From NCBI GenBank assembly GCA_000708835.1, contig DF237065.1, positions 1 through 64,000 of the forward strand: a stretch of DNA of 64,000 nucleotides. The letters run 5' to 3'. The translations under genes and the position numbers were made by a program. This stretch comes from Klebsormidium nitens (Eukaryota > Plantae > Klebsormidiophyceae). Positions 37,738 through 49,900 of the stretch are shown piece by piece. The notes under the pieces are model-generated. The model did no database searches. It saw nothing but the letters and a program-made list of their open reading frames with translations, and was not told the origin of the DNA. Numbering within the stretch: position 1 is the stretch's first letter; every line of letters begins with the position of its first letter.

Positions 37738-38624
37738 TGTGAGTCGACTCCTTTCAACTCCTTGCTTGCAGATGGGATGTCCGTGCAGCTGCTTTCCAAC
37801 ATTGGGTGAAACAGTAGCTGATTGAGGCACCGTAAAGCAGCTCATGTCTTGTCTCGGCCGAGCCCACACCTCTTGTGGGATCGTTCATCCCCTTCATGGA
37901 AACTTGAGAGGCATGAGCGCTTGCTACGATCGTAGTACAGTGCCTCCTTCATCATTCATGGGCTTTTGCATGCACAATTCGATCGGAAAAGTGCAAGCTA
38001 GAATTCAACCTAGAAAGATATAAGACGACGATGAAGCAAAACCCTAATTGCAAATCTGCTTTGACAAGGCCTCTTCGGAGCATACTACCATTAGCCATAC
38101 GTGGCATGCAAATCGAGGGCCTCGTCGGCCGTTGCTCGGTTCCACGCATCTATTTAGTTCAAGCTCCGGGAAATGGCGGGAAACGCAACTGCTTGAAAGT
38201 CGAGAGTGCAGCTTCTCTCTGCTTTCTCTTGGCAGCTTCCTCTTCTTTCAAGCCTCTATGAAAGTCCAAGCAGCTCGTCAAGCTGATTTCAATTTCTTGG
38301 GAGTTCGTCTCGCGCGATTTGTTCCCTTCTTCTCAGACTCTGCTATTGTTTTGTGAGTTTCAGTGCCAGGAGCTTCCCTAGGCAAAAAGATTTCAACAGG
38401 GCGTGCAGTAGCCACTGGCAAACTTCCGCTCGGAGGCTACTCAGAAGCAGATTAGCAGTACTAACATCCACAAAAACGGATAAGAGCCCTTTCTCTGTTT
38501 ACTGCACGCAGATAGTCAATGTGCTAAAAGTGCACTTATAGCATCTACTTGTGGAACGGGTTGACAGGTTTCAGGCTCTGGCTTTTGAGGTTGGTTTACC
38601 AAAGGGAGGTGTCGGATTTTCCCC

Positions 38625-41600
38625 ATGTCCAGCAGCAAGGTGTCCAGTGGCCCTGGACGGCCCTTACAAGAAGCAAGTAAAAAGCCTCCAAAACCAGTTC
38701 CCTCAAGACGGACGTCTGGAGAGTTCGATAGGACTTCTCAAAATGGAGGAGGTGTACCTGTTGGCGGTGGAGATAGGCCAAATTCAAATGGAGTCCTGCA
38801 TTCTGAATCACGAGAAGGTGGTGCATCGGCAGATTTGCCAGCATCTGACCAAGAGATTACAGCAGTGGTGCAGAGCGTATTCGCTGGTGGTAAGTCGAGA
38901 AGAGAATGCAAAGACTTTTCAGCGTAGCCTGTGGCGATCTTTAAGGCATGTCTTAGACCATCAGGTGGAAGAATCACGCTCACTCTCAAGGTTGTTAAAT
39001 CCCACCAATTTCAGATTATCTTCAGAGCATCAATGAGGCTGTCCTGAGCGAGCAGTTGTAATGTTAGCACACATGCATTTCGTCAAGTGTTCGTCTCAGT
39101 CATTGCACTTCCTTTCAGAAGAGCCCGTTGCGTCTCTTTTTTCGTCTGGTTCACTGAACCGATTTTCGCGTAGAACATTTTACCCAGCGGCCCTTCTGTG
39201 CACCTACTGTATATCAGTGCCCTTGTCACCTGCTCACATGTTTCTTGGTGATCTGACCCCAAAACCGCGATGGATCGGTGATCCACTCAAAATCTGAAAG
39301 CCACAATTACTCGGATTCAAAGTCGCCAGCGGTTTGTACCTTATTCTCTCCTCCTGCCACACAGCAAACACTTCCTGGGCTAATCACACGCACGATGCTC
39401 AGATTAGCCAGTGATTGCTCACTATGAAACATGCCACAACTTGTTTTGCAACAGCAAATCCAGCTACTTCTCTCCTCTCACTGCCACAGACATTGTCACA
39501 GGATTTTTTACGACGATCATCCTCCAGGACCTAAAATTTCCCACGAACTTATATTCTGCAGAAATCAACAGGGAACCTCCAATACCAACAAGGCGACGGA
39601 GCGGCGGCTTTGTCGATACTGCGGCGCAGAGTGTTGTCTGCGATGCGGCTGGTGTTCCACTTGGCCCCGAATACTGCCCTTTTATAGAAAAGAAGAGTCC
39701 TGTCACATTTTACGAGGTGAGTGGCTGGTTCCTGGGAAGGAAACTAATGAGAAGGAAAGTGAGTGCCATGTCCTTGGAGAACGCTACTTCTGGTGTGAGA
39801 TTGTCGGTCGTTGTAGACTTCGTGCTTGGCAATCCAGACGCTGGACTTGACAGCGTGGGTACAAAAGCAGAGCTAAGCCTAAGTGTGTCCTGTGCCCAGA
39901 CTACTTGCACACGTCAGAATGACGGACGTCCCTAGAGTACTGATTGAGGGATAAGGATGCATATCTGGATTAGTATACTGATTCAAATGGTTGGAGAGGG
40001 GTGAATCGGGTCAGGTAGGTATGATGCGGCGCCTGCTGGTTGGCACAAGCTTCGGATGTGACTAAGGAGACGCGTATCTTGCAGAGTTATTGAGATAGTA
40101 GCATGGCAAAATTCAGTCGCAAGAGCTAGAGATTCTGCATGGTTGTCTGGTTGATGACTTAGTGATCTCGCTTCTGCAGCTCTTTAAGATGGCAATCTTG
40201 TTGCCAACTGTTCCGATACGTGTTGGCCTGATCATCTTCGTTCTTCTTCAATGCGCGGTAGTAGTGACACTCGCCACATGTGAGCCCTCTCACTTGCCTC
40301 TCTTGCCTCGTTCGTCCTTTCATAAGTGAAACGAAAGTTCTTCAAAAGCATGAGCCTCGAAAAGCTTTCCAATATGTTCACTGCACGCCTGCGCGTTGGC
40401 CTTTACATCGACGCTTTCTTCGAAGATGTTTTTTTTAGGGAAATCCATTGCTCTATCTCCAGTTAACTATGTAAAACGAAAGTGAAAAGATAGATGCTCT
40501 GCATGTGCGCTGTTGCTGTCCCCCTGATCCTGGTTGCACTCCAGATGCTTAGGAAGGCTGGCGCCAATCACCACCGCAATCCCTTTGGCTGTAGGGAAGC
40601 AGTAACCTTGACAGGAGACATTCTTTTCGTAACTGGTTACGTTCTTAGTCTGAGTAACTTTGCTAGGCATAACAGTTTACGTGCTCAGTCCAACTTCTTT
40701 TGCATTTCAGGGGGCGCGCCGTCAAATGAGCCCTTCTCCCCCTGGCGGCGAAAGCTGATTGCCAGATGGGCCCGTCCGTCCATCTCCATCGTGCTATTTC
40801 TCCTCGGGTTCCGGATACGCGTGCACGGCATGTAAGGATTTTTTTGATCTTTGTTCCAATTTCCGTTGAACACCACTGACCCTGTGAATCTGCTCGTGGA
40901 TAAAGTGGCTTGCTGTGAGCTAACTCTTTCTTCGAATGGAAACATCAGTGGTGCGCATCTGTTTGAGGTCTTTGAGTAGAAGGCTTCGCACTCAAAGCAA
41001 GAGCAAGGACGAAGATTGAGCGGTGTCGACTGGTCGGCTGGGACCTTTACAATTCCTCCCTCACACATTCCCCCGTCCAAGACCCCTCATCTTCGTCGGA
41101 GACGCTGGACTAGGTGGAAGGATGCATCGAATCCAACCTCGTTTTGCCGACTCTGAAAATATTCAACTGTGGAGTATTTAACTCCACAGGTTTTGGCCTG
41201 GCGAATGAAGGTGCGAAGCGATACGAGTTGCGATTCTTTAGGCTTGACGCACTCCGCAGTATGGCTGATACGCTGTGGAGGAGAACGTGGACTCAAGAGT
41301 CGCCCAAATTTCGCCTCCTTTCGGTGATCCGAGTATCGACGGTTCAAATCGAGTGATAGCCAAACTGTCTGCCGTCGATTTTGGGGTACTCGACGCAGGC
41401 GGGTACAGTCGGCGTCTCGGAGGCGATTCGCTGTTTTGACTGATTGAGCACTCAGGAGAATGGCATCTAAGATTGACATTGACATTGAAGGCTTCAAACA
41501 GGATCGACTTCCCAGCGCTTGCGAAACCTTGCTACCGTTCTGCTTCCTAATCTGGACAACAACCGAAGCTATTCAGCAGACCTTGCAATCTTCTCCGAAC

Positions 41601-44600
41601 ATCTTTCAACGAACTTGTTTTGCAGGCGCCGAATTTATAAGCATTACGGCATCTTTAACCAGTCAGTGCTCACTACCTGCAGCGAAAACGCGTGGGACGG
41701 TTGGGAGCGGAAGGCCGTCATGGTCGCGAACCACGTGTCGTACATCGACCCCCTCTTCGCAGTAGCTGTTTTCGCACCTTCTGGAGTGGCCAAGGTAAGC
41801 GACTCATGCCTGAATCCCGATCAGATCTGTGAAAGGCTCCGGCCTTTAGCAAGCTTTCAAATCGGTTTCATTTAGTGCAGTCCTGGAAAGCTGCACTCGG
41901 TCGAAGTGAGTCAGAATTAATGAGCGCCGGATCGAGAGTTGTGCACCTGGCGTGTCCAGCCGTTGGTCCTATCACGCTTTTGGACTCCGATTCACCCGAA
42001 CCTGATAACCCCAAAAGTGATTCGGTGTCTACGGACCAAGATACATGGATGGTGCCTCTTTCGTCAGTCGAATTGGGGCAAGTGCTTACCTGACGTGTTG
42101 GGACAATTATAAGAAATCCAAAAACTCCCTCGGACTGTTCCTTGTGCAGACATCGTCCGTCCGTATCCCCCTCATCGGCCAGATAGCACAGGGCTTCCAA
42201 CCCCTCCTCATTGACAGAACCCGGTTCACGCAGAACCAGACCGCGACTGGGAATGTGAGCCTGCTTCATGGTTTCTGTATTGGCCGATTCGGACACGTTT
42301 GGCTGGCATGTCTGGCGTTAATTTGTCTGCACCCTGGAACCTTCTTTATTTTTGCTGTCTTTGAAGGTCTGTCGTGGGTTTAGCTTTCCGGAACCTGAGG
42401 TCAGCTTGTTTCACGTGAGAGCGGTTAGCAATGTGGCTGCTCGCTTTCCGTTCGACGCTTCGACTTGCGCTCGCTTTGTATGCTGTTAGGTGCACATGCG
42501 ACCATTTTGAGATCTCGTTCTAACATTGCGGCAAGCGTAGCGGACATGCGCCGTCTGTTCAACATAGCCGTACTTTCTATTTGGGCTCCGCCTGGAAGAA
42601 AGATAAGGTTCTTTGGGTTTGGGGTCACTTTGGCGTCAATAACTTTCATTTTGATGTACAAACTGTATATGTGACAGACCTAAGACCTTAATCTGCTTAG
42701 GAGGATACCGTGGCGCTCATTGCAGCGCGCGCAGCGTACGCGCCCATCCTTCCAACGTACTCGTTCCCTCGACTTCTGCTCTGCCTTGAACTTAAAAAGG
42801 ATTCCTTGGGGCTTTCAGACTACTAGGGCTTTCAGATACCCCTGTCTTGGGGAATTACTGTGCACGCGTGTTAACCTTGAGACTTGCAAGTTCTCGCAGA
42901 AGGAGGGCACCGCGGCGCTCATTGCGGCGCGCGCAGCGGACGCGCGCTACCCGCCCATCTTCATGTTCCCGGAAGGCACCACTTCCAACGGCCACTGTTT
43001 GCTCCAGTTCCAGCGGGGAGCGTTTGTGGCGGGGGCGCCGATCATCCCCGTACTGCTCAACTACAAGTACAAGGTAAGCTTTCTATCTTGGGTTATCAGA
43101 TTGAAGGGGTTTGTCGTCTCTGGGGAAACAGCAAAGCAATGGAAGAACTCGAGTCCCACCAGCTTTGGCGCGAACCTTGCACTCGCTGGGCGCTGGGTAC
43201 GACCAGTCACCCCTATCCGTGGCACTCAAATCTCCTGCCGGGCTCGATTATTGCACGTATGATCATCTAAATAGCACGGAAACGATTTCTCGGAATCTGC
43301 TTGATCGAACGGGTAGGCAAGTCGAAGGTAGCTCGACTCGTTCATTCACCTTTCCACCAATATCGAGACCCTGTCCACATGCCTTGGTGCTGACCCATGT
43401 CTGCCGCTTCTACTTACTAGGCCTCGCTCGTCCAACCATTTCAACTGTTCGCAAATGCACCTCAACGCGTTCGCCTTACACCACCCCCGAGTCCAGCTTT
43501 CTCACTTCGTTTCAAACCCGCTTAGACGAATCACGATACCCCGTTGGCCGTTTCTATCTGCTAGCACCTTCGCCAGACCGCTTAACCCTCTGTCCTTTGA
43601 AACCCTTCAGGCCTACTCAATCCTGTCGGTCAAATTCTCATTGATCCTCATTGGTTTCTGCAGTGCTTCAATTCGCCTAGCTAACTGCAGCATCTCACTG
43701 TCCATATTCCAATTGGTCGACCCTCTGCAAGCCTGCTTAACCCTCTGCCCCTAACCTGTCTCCGAGGTAGTTAACCCAGTGAAAACCGCCCGGCTAACCC
43801 CCCTAGAACCGCGGGTTCTTGCAGTACAACGCTGTTTGGAGGAACTCGCTGTCCATGTTTCGGTTGGTCGACTCTCCACAAGCCTGCTTTACCGTCTGCC
43901 CCTAACCCTAACAGCTCACTGAACTACGCCCGGCTAACCCCCCTCATAACCCAATTTCTTTGCAGTACTTCAACCCTGCCTGGACCAACTGCAGCATCCC
44001 GCTAGCCATCTTCCGGCTGCTTTGCCAGTTCGCAAACTACCTTGACGTCACCATTCTTCCGCTGTATACCCCGAGCGAGGACGAGCGGCGAGACCCCGCC
44101 TTGTATGCCAGCAACATGCGCAAGCACATGGCGGGCGCGCTGGGGGTCCCGATGATTGAACAGGTGCGCATGTCCGCGGTTATCAGATTAAATTTCAGTC
44201 CCAGTATATTTTCGTTTTGACTGAGTTTTCCCTGGTACTGCAGTTTAGTGTCAAAAAGGTAACTAGTTCTCAAACGTGCGTGAAGGTCAGAAATTGACAT
44301 TCTGTGGAGGGAGCTCTCGCCAGCGTGCTTAGAGAAACGGTGCAAAGGCGGAATGACAACAAAGTGCTTATGGAGTTCCTCGGCCTCAGGACTCTGTCAG
44401 CTTCTAGGGAACCAATGTGATCAAAATCCCTTTGTTACCACTTGTGGGAGCGAGTGGGCAGGACACCGAAAATCCATCTGTCGAGATTAGTCGCGAGGGC
44501 ACCAACTGCCAATGGAGCTTCATCAGTACTGGTCACGGATTCTTGGAGAATTCGGTTAACGGTATCGTGCGTGACGGCAGGACTGGGTACTCGGGCGTTT

Positions 44601-44935
44601 GTTTGTTACCTTTCACGAACCTGCATGGGGCGGTCTGTTCACCATTCATATGCTGCCTGAACGCCACAATAGCGTCGGGACGTCGATCCAAAATCGATCT
44701 CTTTGACTTTTACACTCACGATCAAGGTTGCCGTTGTAGTTAAGGTCGCATACGCTGCGAATTATGCAACCACCTTTCAAAGTCAGAAAAGCTCAATCAA
44801 AATCTCCTAACCTTAGATTTTTCCTTCCGGCAGAGCTTGGGCGAGTACCTGAAGTCGCTCAAGCACGGGGTTAAGATGGACTGGTTGATGCGTCGGCAAT
44901 TGGGGCCTCCATGGAGCTTGGTGCTTAGGGCTTGA
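38625..44935 (+). CDS. LPEAT: Lysophospholipid acyltransferase, LPEAT/LPCAT2-like (PlsC family), 9 exons
   Basis: Exons ~38625-38889, 39562-39717, 40181-40280, 40710-40831, 41681-41793, 42150-42254, 42900-43073, 43966-44163, 44834-44935. Contains acyltransferase motif I (VANHVSYID) and motif III (FMFPEGTTSNG), plus GAFVAGAPIIPVLL and RLLCQFANYLDV..LPLYTPSEDERRDPALYASNMRK, closely resembling plant LPEAT1. Confidence 0.92.
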
Positions 44936-46928
44936 CGAGCTTCTGAACAGAATCTGCAGTGGTCTAGGATCCACGAAATTCCAATGTGTAGTGGGAGTAG
45001 AATTAGAAAGTTTGCCGCCAAGCTACGATAGGTTTTTGTTACGAGTTGCTTTGTACCATGTTAAGATTGCTTGTTTCGGGTTGTTTAGCGTTGTGCTGCG
45101 TAGGTTGCGTTGTCACCAGTTCACTCAAAATGCTTGAACGCAGTGATAAGGTGGGCATCGGCAGTTGAGTTGTCTGCCTATGGAAGTTGGATCATAGAAG
45201 GCAAGGTTGGTCAAAAATAAGCGGGCTGTTTGATAGGTGGTCGTCCAAACGAGTGCAGATGACTGCAGCCAAAAGAGGTTAAGACTAGCATCAAGCAGAT
45301 GACCTCTAAATGAGCTGTTCATTAAGAACGATGACGATTAGGCCGAACTGACTGACGATGTAGGAGACCGAGAGACATCGTGCCACGGATCATGCAGGGC
45401 GTTCAATGAGAACGTTGAGACGTCGTTGCTAAGTCTTTTGATCTATTGAGTGTTCCTCCGGGAGATCTTGGATGCAGACGGTCCTGGCCAATGCAATGCT
45501 TACTATGCGTGTGTGAGCTAGGCAACCCCGATTTGAGCACTGGAGGTGGATCAACACCCGCGAGGGATTGCCGGACAGCATGCCATGAAGTAAGCCTCTC
45601 GAGAAGGGTCAGCACTTTTAAGTTGGCCGCGTTTCACCCCCGTGGGCTGAAAGTCTATTGACTCTTCCTCTCTATTGCCTTCCGTCAGTTGTGCGGTGTG
45701 CGTCCGGCCAGCTTATATCGGCGTTTCGAGTTTGTCGCCATGGTCACCTAGTCTTTATTGCCTTCCCCTTATAGATGTTCTGCGAGACCGCGGGAGGGCT
45801 GCCATCCTCCCGAGCCTCCCCGTTTCTTCCTCTTCATTGCGGCCTTTGTTTCTCACGATCTCAAGCCTGCTGATCGATTGTGTGGGCCGCGCGGCAGTGG
45901 CCGAGCTAGCGGCTCAATCGCCGCGACGTGAAGTTCGCGGCCGCCGGCGCGGCCGCGCTACCAAGGGTTTTGCTGGACTCACTATTGTACCGGTAGGGAA
46001 GGAAGATCGCAGATCTCCCGGCGAATCTTTGATAGATCTGACGGTTTCGAAGGAGACGTGGGTCCTGATATTTCGGATGACTGTGCAACAACGAATCGGA
46101 AGCATTCGTCACACACTTCAACAGCCTGCGTCCCGACTCTCTTCTCCGGGTTCTTGGTATCGAAATAGATTGGGATCACAATATTTGCATGCATTCGATA
46201 ATACATACCGGAAGGATATCCGAAAGAAACCATCATGTACTGTGGTAATCGGTCGATATGCTTCTTGACCGGTAGTATTTCCCGGCTACTTGCCAGTAAT
46301 GCGGATGTGTCAGACTTTCGTCCATGGAACGGAAGTCGCGGGTCGGCGGCGGCGGCGGGATCCGGGATTTGGCCTCGTCAGTCTTGCTCATCATGCTTTC
46401 AAGACTGAAGTTCGAAGTTCGAACCCTGGGCCTGACTCAGTTCCAACAAGGAAGGAGGAGAATTGGCCAGCTTTCGAATCTCAAGGTCAGAAGCATTTGC
46501 TGAGCTGCTGAGGTAATGGGAGTAAAATGGCGCACGCGTACATTCTCAATTATGGGCATTGGATCTGTGGCAGATTAGCTTAGTGAAAAGCGGGGCACAT
46601 TCCAAAGGCACGCCATACGGTACCCATTCTTAGTAGGAGCTCTTTTTGCCGTTACTTCAGCAGCATGCTTTAAAATTGACTCTGATGATGTGATGTTCAG
46701 CTGAGCTTATGAGCTGGATTATGCTCTCCCGCCTCTGGAGTTGGACTTTTGTTTGACGCATTATTCGTGGGGGCTTCGCCGTAGGGGCATGATACATTGA
46801 GCCCGGCAGTCGCTGCTTTAGGGGCAAAATTTGCAAGGGGAGACCCCGATCCAAGAACCCCCTAATTTGCCAGCACTACCCCCCCTATGAAGCGCAAAAA
46901 AGTGGGGGGGCCAATGAGCTAGGGCGAA

Positions 46929-49900
46929 ATGCCCTCCCGAGGGAGGAAACGACAGCCGGAGCCCGCCGCACCCCCCCGTGCTCCGGAGCAAAATGGGCAT
47001 ACGCATAGCGAGCCGCTTCTGGAGAATCGGCTGAGGGGGGGGTCTCAAGTAGACGGCGCTCCCCAGGGGGGGTCGCAAATGGAGTCAGACAAGGACGGCG
47101 GGTCCCCCCGGGAGAGCTCGGGGAATTCAAAACGGAAGGCGCCGGAACCCCCCAGTAAGAGCGCGAAGGAGTTCCGCTGGGCGCCCCCGCTGTCGCTCAA
47201 TTTGTCAAGCGTCGGGAGGGGGGGTAAGCCGAGTCTCATGGGTGTGGGCTCGTTCGCGGGGGTGGCCGCGCCGTTGCAAACTCCGGCGCCCCCCATGCCG
47301 GTGCTCGAGAGCCCGCACTCGCAGGGCATGCTGCTCTCCCCCCGGGGTGGTGTGCCGGGAGATCTCTTCAAGGGGGGGGGCGAAAGTGCGGGGCCGCGGG
47401 TCTCTCTGGGGAGCGACAAGCTGCCGCCGAAGTCGCCAGTGTTGCAGGCAATGAGCAATGGGCAAGTCATGCCGCAAGGACCGAGTTTGTCGGGGGGGTC
47501 GAAGGGAAGCGCTTTGGGGGGGAGCGGTTTCTTGCACCCGTCGATGCAAGGTGGGGACGCTTCTCCAGAGCCCCGCAGTTGGTTGCTTGATCTGAAGTCG
47601 CAGAATGTGGGCTTCTTGAAATTCTTTAGGAGTTATACTCTCAGATTTTGTGAGCAATTTTGGTGCTGAAGGCGATATTCCGGCGGTGCTAGGAGATTTA
47701 CTCAACCAAGTCCGATGCCTTGAAATTCTTTGCTCGTTGGATGGTGCACGTTCCCTGCACTGGAAATCTATTAATCGCTAAGATTCCACATTCATGAAGC
47801 TTCAAGGCTAAGTTGCTCCGTCCGCATCCTTCAATCGCGCTTGTTTCCCTTCTTCTTCTCAGCTGCCAAAACTGGATTTTGTCTTGAGGTGGTCCCATAG
47901 ACTGCGTGACTCCGAGGGCGTGTGCGCTTGATTAGCCTTGCCCTCACTTGTTTGTCTGATTTTAGGATTCCAAATCCTGAAAAAGGTGCCGCTTGCGGAT
48001 CGGCACGTGAGCCCACATGTGCTCCTCTTAGCATCTGCACAATGACAACCACCTATTGTCTTCGATGTTCTCATCTTCTGCTGTGTCTAGTGCAGCTTAT
48101 TGAGATTCAGCAGGAAAGTACAATCAAGGGGCACTTTAGGGTATTCACGTTCTATGATTTTGCTGGACTTGCCGGTAGAAAGTTGCTGATCGCGAGGCAG
48201 TTGGAATGTTGATTTGCTCTGCTCTTGTTTGCGAAGGGGTTATTGATTCAGGGGGGCGGGGGATGTCACATGTATGCAAGGCAATGTCTACAGGCGCTTG
48301 TCGTCCTTGATGCATTAGGGCTAGGAAGGGCTGAACTTTGCCCTCACAATTGTCTGCTTCGCACATCTGTTTCTGTAAACTTTCTTGACAATTCTGCCCT
48401 TCTGTTTGCCCTTTTGTCTGCATATTCGATTGCTCTGTGCAGCCGAGCTTTGCTTGTACCCAGCCTCTTTTTGCATGCAGCTTTTCTTCAGCGCCGTACT
48501 TATCCTCTTGACAGGTCAAGTGCTGCAGAGCTGCAATCTGTAACGAGTCAAGAATGAAAAGACTTCCCTCACATTCTCCTACTATGCGCATGCTCGCAGT
48601 GCATACCAAAAGCTACAATCACACTGCATGTCGTTGGGGATCATTTCTCAGCTTTTGAAGCTCTTCCCTGCGCTTGACGTCCATCTCAGAACGACGCCCC
48701 CATGATTTCATTGACCAAGTGCCGTGGCAGCTTGGGCTTGAGAGAGGCAGCTTTCTAACCCCGTCTTTCGTTCCTTAAAGAGTAAGTTTCAACATACCAG
48801 TCAGGCCTTACCTAGTTCCCTCGCTTCGCCTGTTCTCTTAACTGAGGAGCTTCTCACTCCCACACTTGCATTCCCACAGGCCAAGCGTTGAACCAGTCCA
48901 AGGTCGAGTTCCCGCCTCCCCCCAGCCCCAAACCCGCCGCCTCCAACCAGGAGCTCCTCCAACGGATGCAAATGCTGCAGCAACAGAACAAGCGGCAGGA
49001 GGCCGCGCAACAACACTTTCTGGCCCTGCAACAAAAGATCCAGCAACAGCAGTTGCAACAACAGAAGATCCTCCAAAGCCTCCAGAACCCCCCTACCCCA
49101 AAACCCGCCAACCCCGCTGCCGCGATCCTCAGCGCCAGCCTCCTAAACCCGCCTCGAAACGACGCTAACATGGACCTCCATGGGGGGGCCTCCGCTAACC
49201 CTCTCGCTAACCCGTCACTAACCCGGAGCCGCTCGAGCAACTCGCACACGACCGGGGGGGGTCCCGCGCAGCCCAACTCGGTCCCCCTCTACATCTCGCA
49301 AGCCGACAAGCTACCCCCCCGGAACGCGGGGTCATGCGTCCGGCGGCTTATGCAGTACATGTATCATCAGCGAAAGCGCTCGGCGGACAACAGCATCGAG
49401 TTTTGGCGCGAATTTGTGGCGGAGTATTTCGCGCCCGGGGCGAAGAAGCGGTGGTGCGTCTCGTGTTACAGTCACAACGGGCGGTCGCCAGCTGGCGTGT
49501 TCCCGCAGGAGGTGTGGCACTGCGAGCTGTGCGGGGCGGACCCGGGACGGGGGTTTGGTGAGTGGTTAGCTTTTGACTGTGGGTTTTCGAAATCACAGGA
49601 TGTTACGCGGTAAGAAGTTGATGGGGTTTGGTGAGTGGTTAGCTTTCAAAACAAGGATGTCATGGGTTAAACGGTTGGTGAAAGATGTCCATCAGAGTGT
49701 CCAATTCGAGGCAGGCGTTGCATGCTTTGCTTGGTGACCTGGACAAGCTCTCGGACAGAGGTTTGTTTTCTAACCTCACATTAGGGGTGATCCCACTTGA
49801 GAATGTTGGTGAGTATCTTGTCAAGTTCGCCTTCTGTGCCAGAACTCTTGTGAGTTCCCCTTATCAACAAAGGTCCTCCGAAGTGCATCTTCCATCAAGC

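Noticed and set aside
45675-46268. 197-aa ORF upstream of SEUSS
   Set aside because: No recognisable domain or exon chain; probably promoter, 5' UTR or UTR-intron sequence.
46360-46432. tRNA-like or SINE-like segment with a GTTCGAACC B-box and a small stem
   Set aside because: No A-box/D-arm or acceptor stem could be built; no cloverleaf.
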